From the NCBI GenBank assembly GCA_049509875.1, contig JBEKZM010000001.1:107485-171484 (forward strand): a DNA stretch of 64,000 nt, read 5' to 3'. A program made the translations under genes and the position numbers. How positions within the stretch are numbered: the stretch's first letter is position 1; every line of letters begins with the position of its first letter. Below the pieces are notes generated by a model. That model ran no database searches, was not told the DNA's origin, and worked only from the letters and a program-made list of their open reading frames with translations. Shown piece by piece: positions 37,701 through 46,873 of the stretch. Source of the DNA: Verrucomicrobiota bacterium. GTDB taxonomy: Bacteria; Verrucomicrobiota; Verrucomicrobiia; Limisphaerales; UBA11358.

Positions 37701-38090
37701 GGTCGGAAACAGCGCGGGCGCGCCCGGCAGTTCGATTGGTGGAGGCACCGGCCCGGCTGGCTGCGTCGCCACTGGCGGGGGAATCTGCGGCTCGATAAAC
37801 GCCCGCTCCGGGTCCTCTCGCATGGAGGTTCCAACGGCTGGCACGACAGTTTCCCCGGCGGTTTGCGGCGGGGCGGTGGCCGGCATGAAACCGGAAATTT
37901 TCTCCTCGGTGGTCTTCGTCGGGACTGCGTCCGATCGTCTCAGGCGGAGCAGTTCCAACTGCAAATGGTCCACCCGGCGGGTCAGTTCCTCAAGCCGGTC
38001 CCGGGCGCTGATGGCGCGAACGATCAGCCAAATGCCAACCGCCAGCGGTATGCCCAGGACAAACAGGATAATCAGTGCGATTTGGTCCAT
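34701..38090 (-). CDS. DUF2339-like large membrane protein
   Basis: N-terminal TM plus coiled coil, Pro-rich linker, SFEMRVGKFWAVRVG, AGGLAAVYFTTYAAH, C-terminal RVLTFLALG; many TM helices. Confidence 0.8.
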   Translation of the reverse strand: MDQIALIILFVLGIPLAVGIWLIVRAISARDRLEELTRRVDHLQLELLRLRRSDAVPTKTTEEKISGFMPATAPPQTAGETVVPAVGTSMREDPERAFIEPQIPPPVATQPAGPVPPPIELPGAPALFPTAMTSQPAAGPGAPEMRPPMVPPPIIPRFVPSAVLRSETVLENAQAAAVPSPAPLPAAPKDSFEMRVGKFWAVRVGVVVILTSLVFGANLAYHNIVPRLGPVGKVSLLYLASALLLGAGAWWQRRNVKESLSNYAQVLFAGGLAAVYFTTYAAHYAPPVCVIDSPLRDGTLLLAWAGVIAWIADRRKSEIMALFAIGLAFFTSVITRVGEFTLYSNLILTIAAVVFLVRNRWAALSFASLITSYAGYAFWRFLHPDGWHWATPEENLGLGAGFLAGYWVVFTAATFLSKSDKLSGPNRAAFLTLNNGAYFALFLLTMLQVHTGGFWKFSLIYGSALLALALAAGRFLASEPLTKNSYLTHGLVLVTLGFISKFAGLQLALVLGAESIVLYVLGTQRQSPVLKFFAHAAALLAIGWCAAGLKEFDAQDLWMATGVGAMLAFNAVWAHRRESQAAAEPRRLESSAFTLLSFASWVLAAWFNTREPHLLVALVLGVEGAVFYNLLGGYKTAVPKVAAYASAVGAASWCLAGLSQFDTMGLWIAIGVGAIMVANALRAHRADRKSTLPLRPEPSAWAVLAFAPWLAATWFNTSAANLPLVLAAEAVALTFSIYLLRLREITLLGQLFLILAQIAWLFHYATATPPWWNPLLVIAATLGLSHWWQHQKTIAISRNFFACYSTMFALAAVGVALVWLHPLVSAPSWLVLTSLLAVAVTAYGLLTRAWMLAICGQVFLAVSTWEFLQQLTHEKPEWYFPLAPLAGLAGLSWATLAWFARQPESKPEIRQPLLQVALIYRWLALVMSLGWIWDYVPERERVWTCMLAAAAVFALPIWRSSREALVAVAVYAVAALTLLWARDNLVMDIYWPNLLALLALFVMQQSLRRRSAKLPLDENVHGTLVIVAGLSLWRYLSCWTAPYTSGFYVTMTWAGFAVIAFTAGILLHERFLRWFGLGVLASTIGRVVLVDVWRQETLGRVLTFLALGLALSAVGFIYNKFEDKIRQWL

Positions 38091-38426
38091 AATCAGTTCT
38101 TCAGGTTGGCCGCGTCAGTCGGCAGGCGCAGGCGGGGGTTGCCAGCTCAATCATCACGGTGGGCAGTCTAGCGCGAAACGGCCGCTCGGTGTTAATTGAA
38201 AAAACCACTCGGCAATCGTTTTAGACGATACCCGCCGAATCCGTGTCGCAGACCCGGGCTCCGATATCGTGGCGCACCGTTCCTGGTTTGGGGTGCAGTG
38301 TCGAGTTGCGCCCGTTTTGGCCGGGGATTGCCGTTTTTTGTTGCCACTCAGGGTGTCCGTTCTGTTACTCTTTTTTAAGAAAGAGCGAAAGGTTGCCGCG
38401 GGACCAACATCAAATCAGGAAACAAC

Positions 38427-41400
38427 ATGAAGACCAAGTTGCGCATTTTACTGGCAGTGCTGGCAGCGTCACTAATCGCGTTCGGCGGGACCGGCTGCAC
38501 CGCCAAGGCGAAGAAGGCCTACCACCTCTCCCGCGCCAACCATTATTATGCCGCCGGGAAGATGAGCAGCGCCGAAATCGAGTACCTAAACGTGCTGCGC
38601 TGGGAATCTGCCAACGTCCAGGCTTTCAGCCGGCTGGGACTCATTTATTACGACGAGGGCCGGCTCCAGCGGGCCATGTTTTTTCTCGCCAAGGCGAGCC
38701 AGATGGCGCCCGACAACCTCGAACTCCGCCTGAAACTGGGCTTCATCCAATCCTCCGTGGGGCAGTCCACCAACGCCCTGGCGGAGGCGAACTTTGTCCT
38801 CGACAAAAGGCCGCAGGATGACGACGCGCCCATTCTGCTGGCGGAAGCGGCCTTGCGGCCCAAGGACGCCGAAGCCGCCCGCAAGCGTCTGCAAGCCCTG
38901 GCCCGCAACGGCGACCGGGCCGCGATCGAGGCGGCGCTGGGCAACCTGGCCATGCACGAGCACGACCTGGCCACGGCCACCACCGCTTTCAAAAAGGGGC
39001 AGTCCCTGGATCCCAAATCCCCCGCCGTCAATACCGGCCTCGCCACCGCGGCGTGGGCCCAAGGCGACTTGAAACAGGCCGATGCGTTCTTCCAGGCGGC
39101 GGCGGACGCCTCGCCGGAGGCGTCCCCGCGCCGGATGCAATATGTTCGCTTCAAACTCCAGACCGGCGATCCCGCCGGCGCCGACGTCCTCCTCGCGGGC
39201 ATCATCAAGGCCTCCCCGGATTATGTGCCGGCCTCGATGTTGAGCGCCGAAATTGCCGCCTCCCAAAAGAAATTCGACGAGTCCCAGGCGTTGCTGGACC
39301 AGGTGCAGAAGCTGGATCCGGACAATTTTGACGGCCTGTATTTCCAGGGCCAGCTCGACCTGGCGCGCGGCAAGGCTATCCAGGCCGTGGCCGACCTGGA
39401 ACACCTGGCGCGGCTCTATCCCGTTGTGGCCCCGGTCCACTACCAGCTCGGCACCGCCTACCTGGCGGCCAACGACCTGAACAAAGCGGCGGCCAATTTT
39501 GAACGCGCGTTGGAATTGGACCCGAATTATGCCGATGCCGCCGTGATGCTGGCGCAGATTCAAATCCAGAACAACAACGCCGATCCGGCCATTGCGTCCC
39601 TGGAAAAATTGCGCCAAAAACAGCCGGGCCTGGTGCAGGCGCAACTGCTGCTGGCCGACGCCTATCGGTTGCGCAACCGGGCGAACGACGCGCTGGCCAT
39701 TTACAGTTCCCTGGAAAACACCTATCCGACGAATGAACAGGTGGCGTTGCTGCACGGTGCGGCCTTGTTGCAGTTGAAGGATGGCGCCGGCGCGCGCAAG
39801 GCCTTTGAACGAGTGCTGAGCCTGCTGCCCGGCGACGTGCCGGCCGTCGAACAGCTCGTGAACCTCGATATTGACGAAAAGCAGTTCGCCGCCGCGCTGC
39901 AACTGATTGACCGCGAGCTGCAGCGGGAGCCCAAGCAGGTCGTCCTGCACATGCTTACGGCCAAGGTGCTGCTGGCACAAGGCCAGCGCGACCAGGCCGA
40001 AACGGTCGTGCAGCAGGTCCTGCAGACCGATTCGTCGAACGACGCCGCTGAACTGCTGCTGGCGCAGATATATTCGGACACCGGCCGAAACGATAAGGCG
40101 CTGGCCGGAGCAAACGCCGTCATGGCCCGAAGCCCGAATAGTATTCCGGCCCTGTGGCTTGCGGCCCAAATTTACGAGGCGAACAAGGATCACAAGGGCG
40201 CTGCCGCCGCCTATGAGAAGGTGCTGAAAATCGATCCCAAATACAGTCCGGTTCTGAATAATCTGGCTTACCTGTATGCCGAGTACTTGAACAATTTCGA
40301 TCGCGCCTACGAACTGGCGCAGCGCGCCCGCGAATTGGATCCGTTCGGTCCCGCCACCGCGGACACGCTGGGCTGGGTTTGCTACCAGCGCGGTTCCTAC
40401 GATTCGGCCCTGGGACTGTTGAAGGAAAGCGCCGCGAAACTAAGCAACCCGGAAATCCAGTATCACCTGGGCATGGCCAGTTATATGACCGGGGACGAAA
40501 TCACCGCGCGGGCAACCTTGCAACGGGCCTGGCAGTCCGGCGCGGATTTTCCCGGCCGCCCGGAATGCGGGCTTTGTCTTTCCAATTTGGAGGTCAACCC
40601 GGATACCGCAGACGCCGCCGCCCGCGCCCTGCTGGAAAAACGCGTCGCCGAAAAGGCGGATGACCCGGTGGCTTGGGTCCGGCTGGCCCGCATCTACCAG
40701 CACGCCGGGAACACGAACCAGGCGATTGCCGCCTACGAACGTATCCTGCAGGCCACCCCCAAAAACCTGGACGCCATGCTCAATCTTACCCGGCTCTATG
40801 CGGCCAAAGACGCCCGAAAGGCCTATGACATGGCGAAGGAGGCCGCCAAACTGGCTCCCTACGATCCGGAGGTGGCGCACAATCTGGGACAGCTGGCCTA
40901 TCTCGCCGGCGATTACAATTTGGCGATGAGCATGCTTCAGCAAGCTTTGCAAAACCAGCCGAACAATCCGGAATGGCGGTTTGATTACGCTCTGGCCGCC
41001 TACAGCATCGGCAAAGTGCCCGAAGCCCAGACCGCCCTGCAGGACGCCACCAGCCAGAACCTGCCGGCCGCACCAGCCACCCAGGCCCACCGCATGCTCG
41101 ACCTGATCGCCCTGGCCGCCGCGCCCGCGCAGGCGGCCGCGGCCAGCGCACGGATTGCCGACATCCTGAAAGGCGAACCCGACGACGTGCCCGCGCTCAT
41201 GGCCCGCGGCGCCGCCAGTGAATCGACTGCCGACAACGCCACCGCCGAACAAACCTATGAAAAAGTTTTGTCGCATTATCCGGACTTCATCCCGGCACAA
41301 AAAAATCTGGCCAGGCTCTACACGGCCGAGCCCGGCAAAGCCGAGCGCGCTTATGCGATGGCGATCAAGGTGCATGACGCGCTCCCCGACGATCCGGGCG

Positions 41401-41642
41401 CGGCCAAGGTACTGGGCATTGTCCTGGTTCAGCGTGGCGACTTTAGCCGGGGCGTAACCCTGCTGATGCAAAGCGCCGCCAGAATGACTGCCGATGCCGA
41501 GGTCTATTATTACCTGGGATCGGCGCAGTTCCACCTGAGAAACCGGACGGATAGTAAAGCCAGCCTGCAAAAAGCTCTGACCATGGATCTGGCCGCTCCG
41601 CTTGCCACCTCGGCCAGGCAGATGTTAACCGAACTTAAATGA
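38427..41642 (+). CDS. Large TPR-repeat lipoprotein (PrsT-like)
   Basis: Lipobox GTGC, more than 15 TPR-like repeats, LNNLAYLY..DTLGWVCY motif; next to a VPD-CTERM gene. Confidence 0.85.
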   Translation: MKTKLRILLAVLAASLIAFGGTGCTAKAKKAYHLSRANHYYAAGKMSSAEIEYLNVLRWESANVQAFSRLGLIYYDEGRLQRAMFFLAKASQMAPDNLELRLKLGFIQSSVGQSTNALAEANFVLDKRPQDDDAPILLAEAALRPKDAEAARKRLQALARNGDRAAIEAALGNLAMHEHDLATATTAFKKGQSLDPKSPAVNTGLATAAWAQGDLKQADAFFQAAADASPEASPRRMQYVRFKLQTGDPAGADVLLAGIIKASPDYVPASMLSAEIAASQKKFDESQALLDQVQKLDPDNFDGLYFQGQLDLARGKAIQAVADLEHLARLYPVVAPVHYQLGTAYLAANDLNKAAANFERALELDPNYADAAVMLAQIQIQNNNADPAIASLEKLRQKQPGLVQAQLLLADAYRLRNRANDALAIYSSLENTYPTNEQVALLHGAALLQLKDGAGARKAFERVLSLLPGDVPAVEQLVNLDIDEKQFAAALQLIDRELQREPKQVVLHMLTAKVLLAQGQRDQAETVVQQVLQTDSSNDAAELLLAQIYSDTGRNDKALAGANAVMARSPNSIPALWLAAQIYEANKDHKGAAAAYEKVLKIDPKYSPVLNNLAYLYAEYLNNFDRAYELAQRARELDPFGPATADTLGWVCYQRGSYDSALGLLKESAAKLSNPEIQYHLGMASYMTGDEITARATLQRAWQSGADFPGRPECGLCLSNLEVNPDTADAAARALLEKRVAEKADDPVAWVRLARIYQHAGNTNQAIAAYERILQATPKNLDAMLNLTRLYAAKDARKAYDMAKEAAKLAPYDPEVAHNLGQLAYLAGDYNLAMSMLQQALQNQPNNPEWRFDYALAAYSIGKVPEAQTALQDATSQNLPAAPATQAHRMLDLIALAAAPAQAAAASARIADILKGEPDDVPALMARGAASESTADNATAEQTYEKVLSHYPDFIPAQKNLARLYTAEPGKAERAYAMAIKVHDALPDDPGAAKVLGIVLVQRGDFSRGVTLLMQSAARMTADAEVYYYLGSAQFHLRNRTDSKASLQKALTMDLAAPLATSARQMLTELK

Positions 41643-41706
41643 GCGGCGCCTGGCCGGTTTCAGGCCGATTTGGTCCGCAAAAAGAAGCCAAGCTGAAGTG
41701 CTGGCT

Positions 41707-41723
41707 TGTCGGCGGATTTTACA
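41707..41723 (+). promoter_or_regulatory. Putative enhancer-binding-protein site (TGT-N11-ACA)
   Basis: tgtcggcggattttaca about 110 bp upstream of a sigma54 motif. Confidence 0.55.
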
Positions 41724-41832
41724 TAATTTCGCTTTATTCTACGCTGATCGAGCGCCACTTTGAAATTAAAACACGATTTTAATATACTTATTGTAAGCAT
41801 GTTGTGCATTATAATTTAAAGCTAAGCTAGTC

Positions 41833-41848
41833 CGGCATGTCAGTTGCT
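41833..41848 (+). promoter_or_regulatory. Sigma54 -24/-12 promoter
   Basis: CGGCATGTCAGTTGCT: GG-N10-GC with TTGC, matching YGGCAC-N5-TTGCW. Confidence 0.75.
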
Positions 41849-41860
41849 TCTATGTTCGGC

Positions 41861-42487
41861 ATGAAGAACTTGACCACCCTAGCAGCTTTCCTTGGAATCA
41901 GTGCCATGGCTCAGGCCACCACCATCAATGCGCCCTCCAGTCTGATTGGGAACAACACCCTGTCAGGTGATGACGCCTACTCCTGGGGCATTTCCATTGC
42001 GGTGCCAAACGGCCAGACGATCACCAGCGCAGAAATTGATTTCACCAGCGTCACGCTGACCGCGGCCAACTCGTCCGGCACCGGCTACCTCTACACGGAC
42101 TTGTTGAACTCGCAGGCCACTGGGATCACCACTGCCCACGATGGAGACCAGTCTGGCGACTACTGGGCCACCCAATTTTCGGGCAGGAATATCACTGCCG
42201 TGGGGACGAAAATCTTCAATCCAGTCGGCACCACCTTGAGCTGGAGCTACGCTTTGGATGCCTCGCAATTGGGCGCCCTCAACTCCTATCTGACGGCTGG
42301 CACGTTCAACATTGGCATTGATCCCGACTGCCACTACTCCGTCGGCGGTCTGTGCTTCACTTATAACTGCTCGCCCAAGAGCAATAGCGTGCCGGACGCG
42401 GCGACAGCCGCCGCCCTCCTGGTGCTTGGTTTGAGTGCTGTGGAACTCATCCGTCGGCGGTTTGTTTTAGCCCGGGTCCTGGCCTGA
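41861..42487 (+). CDS. Secreted protein with VPDSG/PEP-CTERM-type sorting signal
   Basis: Signal peptide MKNLTTLAAFLGISAMAQA; C-terminus SVPDAATAAALLVLGLSAVELIRRRF (VPD, TM helix, basic cluster). Confidence 0.85.
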   Translation: MKNLTTLAAFLGISAMAQATTINAPSSLIGNNTLSGDDAYSWGISIAVPNGQTITSAEIDFTSVTLTAANSSGTGYLYTDLLNSQATGITTAHDGDQSGDYWATQFSGRNITAVGTKIFNPVGTTLSWSYALDASQLGALNSYLTAGTFNIGIDPDCHYSVGGLCFTYNCSPKSNSVPDAATAAALLVLGLSAVELIRRRFVLARVLA

Positions 42488-42506
42488 TACCGTTGTTACT
42501 TTCACG

Positions 42507-42538
42507 AAACCGGCAACACACGTTGCCGGTTTTTGTTT
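42507..42538 (+). terminator. Intrinsic terminator
   Basis: aaaccggcaac-acac-gttgccggttt followed by ttgttt. Confidence 0.85.
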
Positions 42539-42712
42539 ATCCGGAGGGATGAGTCCAACACAAAAACGGCGTCGCCGGAACCCCCAAAACCCGCGCCCAA
42601 ACGCCGAGCTCCGGTCGGACGAATCCGTGCCGGGACATCCACGTCCGCCAGTCGCCGGGGCCGGGCCGTAATTCATTGCTTTCCTTAACGCCGCAAAGTG
42701 TTAGTCTTGTTC

Positions 42713-43960
42713 ATGCCTTTTGGTAAATTAGGTCTTTCCCCGGTCGTACTGGACGGTGTCAAGGCAATGGGATACGTGGACCCCACGCCCATTCAACTTC
42801 GCGCCATCCCCCTGGTCCTGACTGGACGCGACGTCATCGGCAGCGCCCAAACGGGAACCGGAAAAACCGCCGCCTTCGGCCTGCCCATCCTTTCCAAACT
42901 CGGCCAACACCAGCCCGCCGGCCCGCGGGCGCTGGTGCTGGAACCCACGCGCGAACTGGCCTCGCAGGTCGATACCGCCATCCGCGATTACGCGCGATTC
43001 ACGAACTTAAGGGTCACCGTGGTATATGGGGGCGTTGGCTACGGCCGCCAAAACGACGAAATGAAGGCCGGCACCGACATCGTCGTGGCCACGCCCGGCC
43101 GGCTGCTCGACCACCTGGAGCAACGCACGCTGCGCCTGGACAAGGTGGAGTTTCTGGTGCTCGACGAGGCGGACCGGATGCTCGACATGGGTTTCCTGCC
43201 CGATGTGCGCCGGCTCGTCGAAAAATGTCCGCGCCAGCGCCATACCGCGCTTTTCTCCGCCACGATTCCGCCGCAGATCGAGACGCTCATCCAATGGGCC
43301 ATGCGCAATCCCGAGACCATCGAAATTGGCGCGCGCCGGTCGCCCGCCGACACGGTGAAACACGTGATCTATGCGGTGGCCGACGCCCAGAAAACAGACT
43401 TGCTGCTCGAATTGCTCCGGCGGGTCAATTACAACTCGGTGTTGATTTTCTGCCGTACCAAGCACGGGGCCGACCGCGTCGCCGGCACGTTGAAGCGCAA
43501 CAATCACGCGGTGGCCGTCTTACATTCCAATCGCACCCAAAAGGAGCGCGAGCAGGCGCTGCACGGTTTCCGTGAAGGCCGCTTTGAAATGCTGGTGGCC
43601 ACGGACATCGCGGCGCGTGGACTGGACATTGCGGACGTGAGCCACGTCATCAACTACGATGTGCCGCAGCATCCGGAGGACTACATCCACCGCATCGGTC
43701 GCACGGGCCGGGCCGAGCATACCGGCGATGCCTTTACCATCATGGTGGCGGAGGACGCCTCGCACGTCTTTGCCATCGAACGGTTCATCGGCAAGAAGAT
43801 CGAGCGTGTGAAGTTGGAGAATTTCGATTACCGGTACACCGCCCTGTTTGAAGAAGACAAAACCCGGCCCGGCGCGGCTCCGGGGGGATTCCCTGGCAAA
43901 GCGCGCGGCGGCCGCATTCACGGCGGCTACCACTTCGCCCCCGGCGGACGCCGACGGTAA
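42713..43960 (+). CDS. DEAD-box RNA helicase (RhlE-like)
   Basis: Q motif PTPIQ, AQTGTGKT, PTREL, TPGRL, DEAD, SAT, ARGLD, HRIGRTGR. Confidence 0.96.
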   Translation: MPFGKLGLSPVVLDGVKAMGYVDPTPIQLRAIPLVLTGRDVIGSAQTGTGKTAAFGLPILSKLGQHQPAGPRALVLEPTRELASQVDTAIRDYARFTNLRVTVVYGGVGYGRQNDEMKAGTDIVVATPGRLLDHLEQRTLRLDKVEFLVLDEADRMLDMGFLPDVRRLVEKCPRQRHTALFSATIPPQIETLIQWAMRNPETIEIGARRSPADTVKHVIYAVADAQKTDLLLELLRRVNYNSVLIFCRTKHGADRVAGTLKRNNHAVAVLHSNRTQKEREQALHGFREGRFEMLVATDIAARGLDIADVSHVINYDVPQHPEDYIHRIGRTGRAEHTGDAFTIMVAEDASHVFAIERFIGKKIERVKLENFDYRYTALFEEDKTRPGAAPGGFPGKARGGRIHGGYHFAPGGRRR

Positions 43961-43973
43961 ATGTCTGTGTTCC

Positions 43974-44094
43974 AGCGGCGAAAGCCCGCAATATGACCGC
44001 TTGGGCTAAAGGCCCGGGTATCGGTTTCCCCTTGCCGGTTCGAAAGTAGTGCTGAAGTCACGGTACTGCAAAACGCGGCTGCGTTCACCCCGTG
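43974..44094 (+). ncRNA. Candidate structured RNA of unknown class
   Basis: Consecutive stems GCGGC-GAAA-GCCCGC, GGGC/GCCC, GGUA/UGCC, GUAGUGC/GUACUGC, AACGC/GCGUU in a non-coding gap. Confidence 0.45.
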
Positions 44095-44102
44095 TTTCCA
44101 AC

Positions 44103-44144
44103 TGCGCGAAGCGTCCTGGAGTGCGCCCAGCCCGCTGGCGCTTT
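44103..44144. repeat. REP-like half element
   Basis: agcgtcctggagtgcg (44110-44125) identical to 6139-6154. Confidence 0.55.
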
Positions 44145-44279
44145 GACCCGCGGCGTCGCTCCAGGCCGCAACGGAATTCAGCGGGCGGTGTTCACATCTT
44201 CCCCTGCGAACCTTCGGGATGATTTGCCAGTGACCACCTACGCGGTTATTTTGTGCAAGTGGCCAGATTTACGGTACCA

Positions 44280-45977
44280 ATGGACTTTCAATCGCTGCGG
44301 CTGCTGGTGCGCACGAACGCGCTTCACGGCTGGCGCCGGTTGCTGTCGATCCGGCAGCAGTCGCGGCTGCTGACCGGGATCATCACGTTTTTTGTCGTCG
44401 GCTATCTCGTGCTGGCGTTCGAGCTGTTTTATCACGGCATGAAGTTCATTGCCAAGTTTCCGGGCCTGGGCGCCGCCCTGACCGAACGTCTGCTGTTCAC
44501 CCTGTTCGCGTTTTTGTTCGCGCTCCTGCTGCTCAGCAACCTCGTCATCGCCTACACCAACCTCTTCCGCAACCGCGAGACGGCGTTTTTGCTGACGCTG
44601 CCCGTTTCGGCGCAGACGATCTTCAACTGGAAATTCATAGAAACGGTGATCATTGCCTCCTGGGCATTCTTGTTTTTGATCGCCCCGCTGCTGGTGGCGT
44701 TTGGACTGGTGCGCGACGTGCCGTGGCATTTTTATCCGCTGACGGTTTTGCTCATCGCCTTGTTCATCATCCTGCCGGGCGTGTTGGGCTCGGCGCTGGC
44801 CATCGGCATAGGCCGGCATTTGGACCGGAAGAGTTTTCAACTGGTGTTGCTGGTGCTCGCGGTGGTGTTCCTCGCATTTGTGGCGTTCTGGTGGAAGGCC
44901 AACCCGGTCGACGACGATCTGCTCGACAAACGCACGCTGGAGGCCCTTGACCGGCTGCTGGCCAAAACGCGCTTTACCATGTTCCCTTTCCTGCCCAGCT
45001 ACTGGCTTTCCTCGGCAGTGTTGCAATGGGCGGAGGGCGTAACCATGGGAGCCATCTTTTTTGCCGGGGTGCTGCTGAGCCACACTTTGTTTTTTGGCAG
45101 CATTGCTTTCACGCGGTTTGGAAGCCTCTTTTATAACACCGCATCCGCGGTGCAAAGCCGGCCCGGCGGCGGCTTCCAGTTCGCCTTTTCGCGCGGCGAA
45201 GTGTTCACACGGACGCCGGGGCTGTTGGAGCGGCTAGCCGCCCGGATTCCCTTCCTTTCACCGGAAACCCGCGCGCTGGCGGTCAAGGACATGCGCATGT
45301 TTTGGCGCGACACCACGCAATGGGGGCAGTCCGTGGTTTTTTTCGGCCTGCTGGGCGCTTACATCATCAACCTGCGGAACTTCACCCATCAGTTGGCCAG
45401 CCCGTTCTGGATCCATGCCGTCGCCTTCCTTAACCTGGGCGCCTGCGCCTTCAACCTGGCCTCCGTCACCACCCGGTTCGTCTTCCCGCAATTCTCGCTG
45501 GAGGGCCGCCGGCTCTGGATCATCGGCCTGGCGCCCATCGGCCTGCCGCGGGTCATCAAGACCAAATATTGGCTCGCCAGCGGCACCTCGCTCATCGTCA
45601 CGCTCGGTTTGGTGACGCTTTCCTGTTATCTGCTGAGGATGCCCTGGAATGACGTGGTCTTCTTCGGTGCGGTGATTACGGTCATGACGTTTGCGCTCAA
45701 CGGCCTGGCCACCGGTCTCGGTGTTTTGTTCCCGAACGTCAAGGAGACCAATCCCAACAAGATTGTCAGCGGATTTGGGGGCACCTTGTGCTTTGTGCTC
45801 AGCTCGATTTACATCATTGCCGCGCTGGCGCTCCTGGTGGTGGGCGGCGGCGGATTTCACAGCAACACGGTCTGGGTCGCCGTCTGTATTGGCGGATTTG
45901 TCCTCCTGTCCATGGCCATCGGCTGGGTGCCCATGAAACTGGCGATGAATCAGTTGGAGAATTTCGAGGCTTGCTGA
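44280..45977 (+). CDS. Putative ABC-2-type permease / membrane protein
   Basis: About 13 TM segments; ETAFLLTLPV, KDMRMFWRDTTQWGQ, RFVFPQFSLEGRRLW motifs. Confidence 0.75.
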   Translation: MDFQSLRLLVRTNALHGWRRLLSIRQQSRLLTGIITFFVVGYLVLAFELFYHGMKFIAKFPGLGAALTERLLFTLFAFLFALLLLSNLVIAYTNLFRNRETAFLLTLPVSAQTIFNWKFIETVIIASWAFLFLIAPLLVAFGLVRDVPWHFYPLTVLLIALFIILPGVLGSALAIGIGRHLDRKSFQLVLLVLAVVFLAFVAFWWKANPVDDDLLDKRTLEALDRLLAKTRFTMFPFLPSYWLSSAVLQWAEGVTMGAIFFAGVLLSHTLFFGSIAFTRFGSLFYNTASAVQSRPGGGFQFAFSRGEVFTRTPGLLERLAARIPFLSPETRALAVKDMRMFWRDTTQWGQSVVFFGLLGAYIINLRNFTHQLASPFWIHAVAFLNLGACAFNLASVTTRFVFPQFSLEGRRLWIIGLAPIGLPRVIKTKYWLASGTSLIVTLGLVTLSCYLLRMPWNDVVFFGAVITVMTFALNGLATGLGVLFPNVKETNPNKIVSGFGGTLCFVLSSIYIIAALALLVVGGGGFHSNTVWVAVCIGGFVLLSMAIGWVPMKLAMNQLENFEAC

Positions 45978-46018
45978 TTCGGGCAATGCCGGCTCCAAAC
46001 CCGGCCGGCCACCGGTGG

Positions 46019-46663
46019 TCAGCACAGCTTTTCCAAGGCCTGGAACAACCGGGTCCGGTTCGCAAAATGTTTTCGCCCGGTTGCGGTCACCAGGCCAAAG
46101 CCATTACCATAGGCGGGACCGTTGGCCACGCAGGCATCCGTTGCGCACTCGGCAAGCTGCCGGCGTGCGGCGCGCACGGCCTCCGCCCGTCGGCCGTCCG
46201 CCTCGTATTTCCAGCCGACGATCAGCGCCCGCGGATACCAGGCGCGCAGTTCAGCGATGATCTTGGCCGTAGGCAACAGTTCCACTAGCAACCGTTCTCC
46301 GCGAGTGGAGATTTTTCGGGCGGCCCGGAACGGCTCGAGCGTGCCGTCCGGGTCGCGCGCAAACAACCTTCCGAAGGTGAAATCGCTCACCGCCGCGGCG
46401 TGAAATATGGCGTCCACTTTTCGGCGGGAGAGGGATTTGAGCCGGCGGCGGAGATCCCGGGTGGTGGCGAAGATATCCACGCGCTGAGCGTGGCGCTCGC
46501 CCGCCCACGTCGCCGACTCGCCAATGAGCAGCGTGACGGCGTGCCCGCGGCCCGCTAGAAAATTGGCCAATTCGGTGCCCAGCCGCCCAGTGGAAAAATT
46601 GGTGAGCCGGCGCACCTCATCGAGCGGTTCGCAGGTGGGGCCGGCGGTGACAAGGCAATTCAT
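46019..46663 (-). CDS. coaB: Stand-alone phosphopantothenate-cysteine ligase (CoaB/DFP C-terminal domain)
   Basis: MNCLVTAGPTCEPLDEVRRLTNFSTGRLG, HAAAVSDF, VGWKYE. Confidence 0.82.
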   Translation of the reverse strand: MNCLVTAGPTCEPLDEVRRLTNFSTGRLGTELANFLAGRGHAVTLLIGESATWAGERHAQRVDIFATTRDLRRRLKSLSRRKVDAIFHAAAVSDFTFGRLFARDPDGTLEPFRAARKISTRGERLLVELLPTAKIIAELRAWYPRALIVGWKYEADGRRAEAVRAARRQLAECATDACVANGPAYGNGFGLVTATGRKHFANRTRLFQALEKLC

Positions 46664-46827
46664 CCGCCGGGATTTAAACGCAAAGCACCGGGTGGCGGCA
46701 AAGGATTTCTTCCGGCGGCCGCCAAGATTTTTGATTTTGAATTTGCGATTTACGAGCGATTTGGCCCGCAATGCGCAGGTCTTGGGTCCCACATTACAAC
46801 TCACAAACCAGTTGCACGTGCGCAAGG

Positions 46828-46856
46828 TTGTGCGAGGTTCAGAGGCGAGGTATAAC
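46828..46856 (+). promoter_or_regulatory. Putative sigma70 promoter of the VOC gene
   Basis: TTGTGC-17 nt-TATAAC ending 18 nt before ATG 46874. Confidence 0.5.
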
Positions 46857-46873
46857 CACGATCCAATCAAACC

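Noticed and set aside
38318-38335. Sigma54-like TGGCCGGGGATTGC upstream of the TPR gene
   Set aside because: GG-to-GC spacing is 9 nt rather than the required 10
44030-44075. tRNA-like GGTTCGAA motif
   Set aside because: No cloverleaf, acceptor stem or D-arm can be built around it
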